A DNA stretch of 64,000 bases from positions 576,001 through 640,000 of the forward strand of contig CAWFJP010000003.1 of assembly GCA_963816145.1 (NCBI GenBank). Reading direction: 5' to 3'. The notes under the pieces were generated by a model, which was not told where the DNA came from, did not search any database, and saw only the letters and a list, made by a program, of their open reading frames with translations. The DNA comes from an uncultured delta proteobacterium (lineage in GTDB: Bacteria > Desulfobacterota > Binatia > UBA9968). The position numbers were made by a program, and so were the translations under genes. Below, piece by piece: positions 33,315 through 43,600 of the stretch. Positions within the stretch are counted from its first letter, which is position 1. Each line of letters starts with the position of its first letter.

Positions 33315-36300
33315 ATGAGTGAAGCTTCCAAACCGCAGAATAGACTTCCCCCGGAGCAGCAGGCGATCGGGGATAAGTGCTTTCATCCGTCGGGGAAGTT
33401 TATTGTGTTTCCCAAAGAGGACGTCGAAACATCGATCCCGGAGCGATTTACGAAAATTGTCGGACGATTCCCTGATCGCCTCGCCGTCAAAATGAGAAAT
33501 CGAACGTTGACGTATCGGGAATTAAACCACGCCGCGAATCGCGTGGCCCACGCCATCCTGGCGCAACGGGGAGAAACGCAAGAACCCATTGCGCTGCTTA
33601 TGGAACATGACGTTCCATTAATCGCCGCGATTGTCGGCGTCTTGAAAGCCGGCAAAATCTGTGTGGTACTGGACCCGTCGTTTCCCAAAGCCAGAAACGC
33701 TTTCCTGATAGAGGACTCGCAAGCGCGTCTCCTCATCACAGATAGCAAGACTCTTTCCTTAGGCATCGACTACGCTGAAGACAGGTGCCAAATTGTAAAT
33801 ATAGACGAGTGGAACTCCGGGTTTTCAATTGACGACCCTGGATTGTCAATCGAGCCCGATCGCTTTGCTTTTCTTATCTACACATCGGGCTCCACAGGAC
33901 AACCCAAAGGGGTTATTCAAAACCACCGAAATTTGCTGCACGATTGCCAGCTCTACTGCAATGGTCTTCATATTTGCTCTGACGACCGGGTAGCGCTTCT
34001 ATATTCCTGTAGCGCGAGTCAGGGTTTGAAAATTACCTGGGCGGCATTACTCAATGGCGCGGCGCTCTGCCCATTCCAAGTGCGACATCGAGCAGTGGCC
34101 GAATTACCCTTGTGGCTCAACCAGGAAGAAATCACAATTTACTTTTCGATACCCATCGTCTTCCGTCAATGGGTCGGCAGCATCGGCGAACAAGAACCGT
34201 TTGCTCGTCTCCGGATCATACAATTGGGATCGGACCTGGTTACTCTGAGAGAACTCGAAGAGTACCAAAAGCACTTTTCTACCGACACCATTCTGATTAT
34301 CAGATTCGGCACGACCGAGACCGGCACCCTGCGAAGAATCTTCTTCAACGCAAACACTTGCGTTGATGAAGCCACGGTTCCGGTGGGGTATGCGACCGAA
34401 GATACGGACATTTCCTTGCTTGATGAGGATGGCAAGGACGTGCAGTTCGGTGCCGTTGGAGAAATAGTGGTCGAGAGCCGCTACATTTCTCCCGGATATT
34501 GGCGGCGGCCTGATCTTACTCGAGAAAAGTTTTTCTCTGACCCAAACGGCGGTGACAAACTTATTTTCCACACCGGCGACTTGGGTCGGCTGCGCTCCGA
34601 CGGACTGCTTTACCACTTGGGCCGAAAAGACTTCCAGTTAAATATCAGAGGATACAGAGTGGAGGCCGGCGAGATCGAGGCCGTATTGTTAGCTCAAGAC
34701 AACGTTAAGGAGGCCATTGTCGCAACGGGCAAAACATCTACGGGAGCAGAATCCGATCGCTTGATCGCCTACATCGTTCCTTTTTCGAAGCCTTTGCCAT
34801 CGATACCTGTACTGCGAGGAGCCGTCGGAACGAAGCTGCCGGCCCACATGATTCCGTCGGATTTCGTATTCTTGGAATCGCTCCCGGTTACACCTAACGG
34901 CAAGGTCGTTCGGCGTGCACTCCCGGCTCCTGGCAATGCGAGGCCTGAACTGGATATGACCTACGTTATTCCGCAGTCTGATATCGAGGAGCAACTGGCA
35001 CGGATTTGGGAGGAAGTGCTTGATGTTCGTCCTATAGGCATCCACGACAACTTTTTCGATCTTGGGGGCCATTCGCTTTCAGCCACACGGTTGGTCTCCC
35101 AGATTATAAAACACTTTCAGTTGGAGATCCCACTCCAATCTTTGTTGCAATCGCCCACGGTGGCCAAGATGGCGGCTGCAATTACCGAACACCAGGAAAG
35201 AAAGCTCAAAGATAAAGTTGGAGGGTTCGCCGCCGGCGCGGCATGGTCTCTCCGCCCCCTCCCCAGAGATCCAAAACTTGAGCTCTCCTTTGCCCAGCAG
35301 CGGTTGTGGTTTTTAAACCAATTCGAGCCGGATAGCCCGGTTTATAACCAGTGCAGGGCCCTGAGGCTACGAGGGCGACTGAACCGCCCAGCCCTGCAAC
35401 AGGCTCTCGACACTATCGTCGAGCGACATGAGGTTTTGCGTACGACGTTTTCGTCCGTCGATGATCAGCCGACCCAGATTATCCACGAGCACGGCAACGT
35501 CGAACTCAGCGCAATCGATCTAATGGGTAACCCCATCGAGAAGCGGGAAGCAGAATTACAGCGGGTTTTGAGTGAATTCAGCCGCCGTCCTTTTGACTTA
35601 GAGAAGGATCGGCCGCTGCGTGCAGCGTTGATTCAATGGGCTGATGAGGAACATGTCATCTTTCTCGTCACGCACCATATCGCCTCCGACGGCTGGTCCA
35701 ATGACATCCTGTTTAAGGAACTATCGGCACTGTATGAAGCCTATTGCCAAGGGAAGGGTTCTCCGCTTACGGCCTTACCGATCCAATATGCGGACTACGC
35801 GGTTTGGCAGAAAGAGTGGCTGCAGGGAGAAGTCCTGCAAGAACAAATCTCGTATTGGAAAAAGCAGCTCGATGGTGTTTCCCCACTAGAGTTGCCGACA
35901 GACCGTCCACGGCCCGCTGTACTAGGATATCTAGGCCGAACAATAAGATTTTCATTTCCTGGAGCCTTGGCCCAGAGTTTACGCAAACTCAGCCGTCAAG
36001 CGAATACGACGTTATTCATGACCTTGCTGGCGGCCTTTCAGACTCTTCTGCATCGTTACACGGCTCAGGATGACGTTGTCGTGGGCAGTCCCATAGGCGG
36101 TCGCACACGGGCAGAGACCGAACGACTCATTGGATTCTTTGTCAACACGCTAGTGCTGCGTAACGATTTTTCGGGCAACCCGACATTTCGGGAGTTATTG
36201 GGGAGGGTCAAGCAGAACGCCTTGGACGCCTATACCCACCAAGACGCGCCGTTTGAGAAGCTTGTAGAGGATCTCCAGCCCGAGAGAGCTTTAGGTCGCA

Positions 36301-38471
36301 ACCCGTTTTGTCAAGTCATGTTTCAACTGAGGAACTATCCGAAACAGGCTGTTTCACTAGGCGATCTCAACATTGAGGAGAGTGAGTTTGACACTGACAT
36401 AGCCCAATTTGATCTGTCCGTGGGGTTACGAGACGATGAAACAGGACTGAGTGGGTCGGTAGAATACCGAACCGAATTGTTCGATCCAACCACCATCGAG
36501 CGCATGGTCGGTCATTTTCAGGTCTTGCTCGAAGGCATCGTGGTTAACCCAGATCAAAGCATCAGCGACCTGCCCTTGCTCACCGAGGCCGAAAAGCATC
36601 AACTTTTAGTCGAGTGGAACGACACCAAGACCGACTATCCCAAAGACAAGTGCATCCATGAGCTCTTCGAGGCTCAAGTAGAGAAATCTCCAGACACCGT
36701 TGCCGTGGTCTTCGAAGACCAGCGACTCACCTATCGAGAATTAAATCGAAGAGCCGATCAGTTGGCGCACTATCTAAGAAAGCTCGGTGTCGGCCTTGAG
36801 GTGTTGGTGGGCCTCTGCGTGGAACGCTCCATAGAGCTGATCGTGGGGCTACTTGGCATCCTCAAAGCCGGCGGCGCCTACGTGCCGTTGGATCCTGCCT
36901 ATCCCAAAGAACGCCTGAAGTTCATGCAAGAGGACACACATCTCGGCATTGTTTTGACCGATGTAGTTTCGCTAACGAACGTCCCGCCCACAAGCGCCCG
37001 TGTGATTTGTCTCGATCGGGACTGGGAAGAGGTAGCCAGAGGGTCGCAAGTTGATCCCATCAGTCGAAGTACGGCAGACAGTCTAGCTTATGTGATCTAC
37101 ACCTCGGGTTCCACGGGACAGCCGAAAGGAGTCGCCGTGTCACACCGAGCAGTCAATCGCTTGGTGATGAATACGGACTACGCGCAGGTTACACCATCGG
37201 AGGTAATGGCTCAGGTATCTAATGTTTCGTTCGATGCCGCTACTTTCGAGATCTGGGGCGCGCTCTTAAATGGTGCGCGGCTGGTGTTGATCACCAAGAA
37301 TACGCTGCTATCGCCGCAGTCTTTGTCGACGGCAATCGAACGGGATAGGATCACCACGCTCTTTTTGACCACGACATTGTTCAATCAGATGGTGGAACAA
37401 ATACCCGCCGCACTCGGCAAGTTGCGACACCTGCTCTTTGGCGGGGAGGCTGCGGATCCACAAAGGGTCAAAAGGCTGTTACACAAATATCCACCGAGGC
37501 GCTTACTCCATGTGTACGGGCCTACAGAAACGACAACGTTCGCAACTTGGCACCGGGTAAAAGCCGTTGCGCCGGATGCCGCAACGGTTTCCATCGGCAA
37601 GCCGATCAGGAACACGCAAATCTACATTCTCGATCGGCAATTGCAGCCGGTCCCCATCGGGGTGCCGGGAGAGCTGCATATCGGCGGCGACGGCTTGGCT
37701 CGGGGCTATCTAAACCGTCATGAACTGACCAGAGAGAAGTTCATCGCCAATCCATTTAGCGCCGATACCACCAGCCGGCTCTACAAGACCGGCGATCTAG
37801 TCCGCTATTGGCCCGACGGCAATATCGAGTTTTTGGGTCGCATCGATAATCAGATCAAGATACGAGGTTATCGCATCGAGCTGGGTGAGATCGAAACCGT
37901 CCTCGCTCAACACCCTACCGTCCAACAGGCGGTTGTCCTCGCGCGAGAAGACATTCCGGGGGATCGTCGGCTGGTGGCCTACGCCATTGCTACCGATGGC
38001 TGTGCCCCTTCGGCAAGCGAACTGCGCAGCTTACTTCAGCACAAGCTGCCCGACCACATGGTACCATCGGCATTCGTGTTCCTCGATTCTCCGCCACTCA
38101 ATTCAAACGGCAAGCTCGACCGCAATGCTCTGCCGGCGCCAGATCACAGCAGACCCGAGCTAAACGATGCCTTCACCCCCCCAAGAACTTCTGTGGAAGA
38201 GATACTCGCTAATATCTGGGCCGAGATCCTCAAACTCGACAGGGTCGGTATCCACGACAACTTCTTTCACCTGGGCGGCCATTCCCTGCTCGCCACCAAG
38301 TTGATCTCGCGCGTTCGAGACACCTTCAAACTCGACTTGCAGTTACGCAGCGTGTTCGAAGCTCCGACGATCCGCGGTCTCGCCCAGAAGCTGCAAGAAC
38401 TCGGAGACCAACGAGAAACCAAACCGACGGCGCAAATTGCACCCGTTGCGCGCGAGCTATATCGAGTCTAA
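33315..38471 (+). CDS. NRPS G: A*-T-C-A(Ile/Val)-T + IAPVARELYR tail
   Basis: PEQQAIGDKCFHPSG, C motif HHIASDG, code DAFFLGVTFK, two GGHSL motifs. Confidence 0.92.
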   Translation: MSEASKPQNRLPPEQQAIGDKCFHPSGKFIVFPKEDVETSIPERFTKIVGRFPDRLAVKMRNRTLTYRELNHAANRVAHAILAQRGETQEPIALLMEHDVPLIAAIVGVLKAGKICVVLDPSFPKARNAFLIEDSQARLLITDSKTLSLGIDYAEDRCQIVNIDEWNSGFSIDDPGLSIEPDRFAFLIYTSGSTGQPKGVIQNHRNLLHDCQLYCNGLHICSDDRVALLYSCSASQGLKITWAALLNGAALCPFQVRHRAVAELPLWLNQEEITIYFSIPIVFRQWVGSIGEQEPFARLRIIQLGSDLVTLRELEEYQKHFSTDTILIIRFGTTETGTLRRIFFNANTCVDEATVPVGYATEDTDISLLDEDGKDVQFGAVGEIVVESRYISPGYWRRPDLTREKFFSDPNGGDKLIFHTGDLGRLRSDGLLYHLGRKDFQLNIRGYRVEAGEIEAVLLAQDNVKEAIVATGKTSTGAESDRLIAYIVPFSKPLPSIPVLRGAVGTKLPAHMIPSDFVFLESLPVTPNGKVVRRALPAPGNARPELDMTYVIPQSDIEEQLARIWEEVLDVRPIGIHDNFFDLGGHSLSATRLVSQIIKHFQLEIPLQSLLQSPTVAKMAAAITEHQERKLKDKVGGFAAGAAWSLRPLPRDPKLELSFAQQRLWFLNQFEPDSPVYNQCRALRLRGRLNRPALQQALDTIVERHEVLRTTFSSVDDQPTQIIHEHGNVELSAIDLMGNPIEKREAELQRVLSEFSRRPFDLEKDRPLRAALIQWADEEHVIFLVTHHIASDGWSNDILFKELSALYEAYCQGKGSPLTALPIQYADYAVWQKEWLQGEVLQEQISYWKKQLDGVSPLELPTDRPRPAVLGYLGRTIRFSFPGALAQSLRKLSRQANTTLFMTLLAAFQTLLHRYTAQDDVVVGSPIGGRTRAETERLIGFFVNTLVLRNDFSGNPTFRELLGRVKQNALDAYTHQDAPFEKLVEDLQPERALGRNPFCQVMFQLRNYPKQAVSLGDLNIEESEFDTDIAQFDLSVGLRDDETGLSGSVEYRTELFDPTTIERMVGHFQVLLEGIVVNPDQSISDLPLLTEAEKHQLLVEWNDTKTDYPKDKCIHELFEAQVEKSPDTVAVVFEDQRLTYRELNRRADQLAHYLRKLGVGLEVLVGLCVERSIELIVGLLGILKAGGAYVPLDPAYPKERLKFMQEDTHLGIVLTDVVSLTNVPPTSARVICLDRDWEEVARGSQVDPISRSTADSLAYVIYTSGSTGQPKGVAVSHRAVNRLVMNTDYAQVTPSEVMAQVSNVSFDAATFEIWGALLNGARLVLITKNTLLSPQSLSTAIERDRITTLFLTTTLFNQMVEQIPAALGKLRHLLFGGEAADPQRVKRLLHKYPPRRLLHVYGPTETTTFATWHRVKAVAPDAATVSIGKPIRNTQIYILDRQLQPVPIGVPGELHIGGDGLARGYLNRHELTREKFIANPFSADTTSRLYKTGDLVRYWPDGNIEFLGRIDNQIKIRGYRIELGEIETVLAQHPTVQQAVVLAREDIPGDRRLVAYAIATDGCAPSASELRSLLQHKLPDHMVPSAFVFLDSPPLNSNGKLDRNALPAPDHSRPELNDAFTPPRTSVEEILANIWAEILKLDRVGIHDNFFHLGGHSLLATKLISRVRDTFKLDLQLRSVFEAPTIRGLAQKLQELGDQRETKPTAQIAPVARELYRV

Positions 38472-38723
38472 CAAACGCGCATTGATAGACGTGACAGCCT
38501 ATGACGAACGGGTTTTAAAGAAAGCGTTATGCGATGTGGGAAAGACGACTACACCTTTCCTCGTTCTGTTGCTCTGGAGCGCTCGTGGTCTCTGCAACGG
38601 ATGTGGGCCGAATGCGCCCCGTATCTGGCTCGTCGGCTACTCGAATGGGGTGTGAGATCACCGGAAGTAACGCGACCACGACTAGCAACTTAGTTGTATC
38701 AAGCAAGAAAGAACGCTGTAATT

Positions 38724-40655
38724 ATGAATGATTCGGCAAACCAGGACTTCAAGCTCCCGCCAGACCAGCAGGCGATTCGCGGCAAGTGTTTTCATCCGTC
38801 GGGCCAGTTCGACCCGTTTCCAACCGAAGATGTGGATAAATCGATACAGACGCGGTTCGAGAAAATTGTCGACCGATATCCAGACCACGTTGCCATCAAA
38901 GCCGGCAATGAAGAGATCACGTATTCAGCTTTGAATAAGGCGGCTAACCGCCTGGCTCATGGAATCTTGGCGATACGCGGCGCGAGCCGGGAACCTGTGG
39001 GGTTTTCGCACGCGCACGGTATCTTACCTATCATTTCGCATCTGGCCATTCTCAAGGCAGGTAAGATTTCTGTCGAGCTAGACCCGGCCGCACCAACGAG
39101 CCGTAACTCTCATATTATGGTTGATTCAACCGCTCTAGTCCTCGTGACTGATAATCAGACAGTATCGGTGGCAGGCGGATGGATCAACGCTGACCAATTT
39201 TTGTTAAATCTCGACGAGCTGAACTCTGCCCTAGATGATCGAAACCCAAATATCCCTTCCTCGTCGGAAGATATTGCGTATATACGCTATACTTCCGGCT
39301 CCACAGGACAGGCAAAGGGCGCGATTAAAACCCATCGCCATGTGCTGCATGAAGTCAGGGATGCCACCAATTGTTTCCGGCTCTGTATCCACGATCGAAT
39401 TTCCCACTTGAGTCGGGAATCCATGGGGAAGTTCGTCTTTTCGGCCTTGCTGAACGGTGCAACACTGTATCCACTGGACACTAAACAAGGTGTCTTAGTG
39501 CATTTAGGCGAATGGCTCGTTCGAGAGGGAATTACCACCTACCAGTCATTTCCAACGGCCTTTCGTTATTTTACGCGCAGCTTGAACGGCCACGAACGAT
39601 TTCCCAGCCTCCGCTTGATCCGTCTCGAAGGTGAACTGTTATACAAGGGAGATGTCGAACTGTACAAAAAGCATTTTACCCCTGAGTGCCTGTTGGTGAA
39701 TGTCTATTCATCGGCCGAAACTGGTACGGTCTCCCTCTATTTTATCGACCACAAAACTGAGATTGCCGGGAACGGAGTCCCGATGGGGTACCCGCTGGAG
39801 GGTAAGCAGGTTATGCTGCTAAATGATCAGGGCAACGACCTTGGTAACAATCAAGTAGGCGAAATCGCCGTAAAAAGCCGGCTTCTTTCATCGGGCTACT
39901 GGCAACGGACAGACATCACTCAGCAGAAGTTCTTAAGAGACCCAAAAGAGATTGGTCAGCAAACCTATTTGACCGGAGATCTGGGAGTCTTTTCAGAACA
40001 AGGCCTTTTGCACCATCTTGGTCGAAAGGATTTGCAGGTAAAGATCCGCGGTTTCCGAGTAGACGTTGGGGAGGTTGAGACGACTCTCGCCGATCATGAA
40101 GTCATAAAAGAAGCTGTCGTTGTCGCGCGAGACGATCAATTCGGCAACAATGAACTTTTAGCCTACATTGTGACGCAAAATGATGCGACGGTGAAAACCT
40201 CAGTGTTGCGAGAGTTCTTGCACGAAAGACTCCCCGAGTACATGATCCCAGGGCATTTTGTGAAGCTGGACCGTATTCCGCTTACCGCCACGGGTAAAGT
40301 GGATCGGCTTCAATTGCCGGCGCTTAATGACTTGCGGTTGGAAAACAGCGGGCGTTACGTTGCGCCGCGAACCGAAGTCGAAGCAAGGGTCGCAATCATT
40401 TGGCAGCAGGTTTTGTCTTTGGATCGGGTCAGTGTCGAAGACAACTTCTTCCAATTGGGCGGCCACTCCCTGCTGGCAATCCAGGTCGTCTCGCGCATCC
40501 GCGAGAATTTCGCTGTCGACGTGCCCTTAAGCGACATATTCGAGGCGCCAACCATTGTAGCGTTCGCGCAACTTATTCAAACCCATAACATCAAGAAAAA
40601 AGCTTCCCATCAACAACCAATTTCTCGCCTTGTACGAGAACATTACAAGGCATAG
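38724..40655 (+). CDS. NRPS H: stand-alone A*-T didomain
   Basis: MNDSANQDFKLPPDQQAIRGKCFHPSG (start inferred from similarity to 15806), YTSGSTGQAKG, GGHSL, tail QPISRLVREHYKA. Confidence 0.9.
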   Translation: MNDSANQDFKLPPDQQAIRGKCFHPSGQFDPFPTEDVDKSIQTRFEKIVDRYPDHVAIKAGNEEITYSALNKAANRLAHGILAIRGASREPVGFSHAHGILPIISHLAILKAGKISVELDPAAPTSRNSHIMVDSTALVLVTDNQTVSVAGGWINADQFLLNLDELNSALDDRNPNIPSSSEDIAYIRYTSGSTGQAKGAIKTHRHVLHEVRDATNCFRLCIHDRISHLSRESMGKFVFSALLNGATLYPLDTKQGVLVHLGEWLVREGITTYQSFPTAFRYFTRSLNGHERFPSLRLIRLEGELLYKGDVELYKKHFTPECLLVNVYSSAETGTVSLYFIDHKTEIAGNGVPMGYPLEGKQVMLLNDQGNDLGNNQVGEIAVKSRLLSSGYWQRTDITQQKFLRDPKEIGQQTYLTGDLGVFSEQGLLHHLGRKDLQVKIRGFRVDVGEVETTLADHEVIKEAVVVARDDQFGNNELLAYIVTQNDATVKTSVLREFLHERLPEYMIPGHFVKLDRIPLTATGKVDRLQLPALNDLRLENSGRYVAPRTEVEARVAIIWQQVLSLDRVSVEDNFFQLGGHSLLAIQVVSRIRENFAVDVPLSDIFEAPTIVAFAQLIQTHNIKKKASHQQPISRLVREHYKA

Positions 40656-40682
40656 AGATCGGCTCAAACCTCTGGATGATCC

Positions 40683-43600
40683 ATGACCAATCGACTTGAG
40701 GCAGAATCTTCCGCAAATGTTCATCGCGACACCTACGCGTTTCCCCTCTCCTTCGCGCAACAGCGATTATGGTTTCTGCAACGTCTTGACCCGGATAGTT
40801 CGACTTATAACATACCGACGGCGTTGCGCCTCCGCGGTGAACTCAACATTAAGGCTCTGCAACAGAGTATTGATCATTTGATTGAACGCCACGAGGTTCT
40901 TCGCACCACGTTTGCGATACGTGAGGGCGAGGCGGTGCAAATCGTTCATCCAACATTGCCAGTATCGATCTCGAAGACAGATCTGCGCGACATCGGGGCG
41001 TCTCGACGGGAAGAAACGCTCCGCGGTCTTGTACGATTCGATGCTCGACAACCGTTTGATTTAGACCGCGGTCCACTTTTAAGGGTTAAGTTAATTCAAA
41101 TCGCAGATAACGAGCATGTGTTGGTTTTGAACCTGCACCATATCGTTTCTGACGGTTGGTCCATGGACGTGATGTTCCGCGAGCTATCGGTGCTTTATCA
41201 AGGCTACTGTGGGGAGAAGCCAATATCTTTGCCCGACCTCCCGATCCAGTATGCCGACTATTCTGTCTGGCAGCGCAATTGGCTGCAAGGGACCAACCTC
41301 GACCAGCAACTTTCCTATTGGCGAAAACAACTCGATGGCCTATCGACGCTACAGCTCCCTATCGACCACCCGCGGCCAGCGGTGCAAACTTACCGAGCCG
41401 CTAACCAGAGTCTGGAACTTCCGCCGCACCTCTACGAGGCAATTAGAAATCTAAGCCAGCGCGAAGGCGTCACCCTGTTCATGACCCTGCTGGCGGCGTT
41501 TCAGACTCTGCTCTACCGCTACTGCGGCCAGAAAGACATCGTGGTGGGATCTCCCATCGCCGGCCGAACCCGCCAGGAAACCGAGGGACTGATCGGCTTC
41601 TTTGTCAACACGCTGGTGCTTCGCACTGATCTTTCCAAAAACCCGCCATTTCGAAAATTACTCACCCGGGTGCGCCAGGTGGCGCTGGACGCCTACGACC
41701 ATCAGGATATCCCCTTTGAAAAACTGGTCGAGGAATTACATCCCGAGCGCAATCCCAGTATCTCGCCGCTGTTTCAGGTCATGTTTGTCTTCCAGAACAA
41801 CGCCGATCGGCCCTTGGAATTCAAAGATCTCACCGTTGTACCTATGCGGACGGATAGTCAAGTCGCTAAGTTTGACCTTTCGCTTACCATAGCCGATAGA
41901 GAGGGTACACTCCGCGCCTCACTCAATTACAATACCGAGCTTTTCGATGCCTCGACCATCGAGCGCATGGTCAGTCATTTTCAGACGTTGCTCGAAGGCA
42001 TCGTAGCCAACCCCGATCAGCCGGTCGGCGAACTGCCGCTACTCACCGCGGCCGAAAAGCACCAGTTGTTAGTCGAATGGATCGACACCAAGACCGACTA
42101 CCCCAAAGACAAGTGCATCCATGAGCTCTTTGAGGCTCAAGTAGAGAAATCTCCAGACGCCATCGCCGTGGTCTTCGAAGATCAACAAGTCACCTACCTG
42201 GAACTCAACAGCCGCGCTAACCAGCTCGCTCACTACTTACAAAAGCTCGGCGTCGGCCCTGAAATGCTCGTCGGACTTTGTCTGGAAAGATCGATCGACA
42301 TGATCGTCGCCCTGCTCGCCATCCTCAAGGCCGGCGGCGCTTATGTCCCGCTTGATCCGAGCTACCCCAAAGATCGCCTGGATTTCATGCTCCAGGATTC
42401 CAACACGTCGGTCATTCTCACGCACAAGCCTCTGGCATCGATGCTACCCGCGGCGAACGCGCGAATAATATTTCTTGACGAGGAAGACTGGCGAGCGATG
42501 ACGCCGGGCCTTGCTGATAGGGCCAACCTAACTGCCCAAATCAGTCCGAACCAAGCCACCTACGTGATCTACACTTCAGGCTCCACTGGCACACCCAAAG
42601 GCACCCTGGTTACCCATTACAATGTGGTGCGTCTATTTCAAGCGACCGAAGCTTGGTTTGGGTTTAATTCAAACGACTCTTGGACGCTGTTTCACTCCTA
42701 TGCGTTCGACTTCTCGGTCTGGGAGATCTGGGGCGCCCTATTGCACGGCGGCAAGCTTGTCATTGTGCCCCAGGAGACTACCCGTTCGCCGCAAGAATTT
42801 GCCGCGCTACTGCTCAGGCACCAAGTGACCGTGCTCAATCAAACCCCTTCTGCGTTCCGCCAGTTGATTCCCGTGCTGATTGGCGATAACGGCCATGATC
42901 CACTCTCTCTGCGGTACGTGATCTTCGGCGGCGAGGCCCTGGATCCCCAGAGCTTAAATCCTTGGTTTGACCGGTTCGGCGAAGACCCGCCCAAACTGAT
43001 CAACATGTACGGCATCACCGAAACGACCGTGCATGTCACCTATCGACCAATTACCAGGGCCGATGCCGCATCGGGAGCCGGCAATGTAATCGGCAAACCG
43101 ATTCCAGACTTGCGAGTCTATCTCCTCGATCGGCACCACTCTTTGGTTCCCATCGGTGTCGCCGGCGAGATCTGTGTCGGCGGTGCAGGCGTTGCCAAGG
43201 GATACTTGGGGCGCAAAGCGCTGACAGCTGAACGCTTTGTCACCGATCCGTTTAGCGAAGACCTTCAAGCGAAGCTTTACCGCAGCGGCGATCTGGCGCG
43301 CTGGCTGCCCAACGGTGAGCTGGAATATCTCGGCCGCATCGATAACCAGGTCAAGATCCGCGGCTTTCGCATCGAACTGGGTGAGATCGAGGCAGTGCTC
43401 GCTCAGCACCCCTCCATCCAACAAGCGGTCGTCCTCGCTCGTGAAGACTCTCCAGGCGATAAGCGGCTGATCGCCTATGTAGTCACCGCTGACGGCTCGG
43501 CTATTTCGGTTCACGACTTACGTAGCTATCTCCGACTCAAGCTGCCCGACTACATGGTGCCCTCGGCCTTTGTGTTCCTCGATTCGCTGCCCCTCACGCC

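Noticed and set aside
38534-38731. 65-aa Ser/Thr/Cys-rich ORF as a RiPP precursor
   Set aside because: No RBS, leader motif or RiPP maturase nearby, and it overlaps the start of gene H.
21847-40682. Integron attC sites, CRISPR repeats or a DGR template explaining the cassette-like layout
   Set aside because: No GTTRRRY/RYYYAAC-bounded hairpins, no regular repeat-spacer pattern, no reverse transcriptase, and the long repeat shows no adenine-specific differences.
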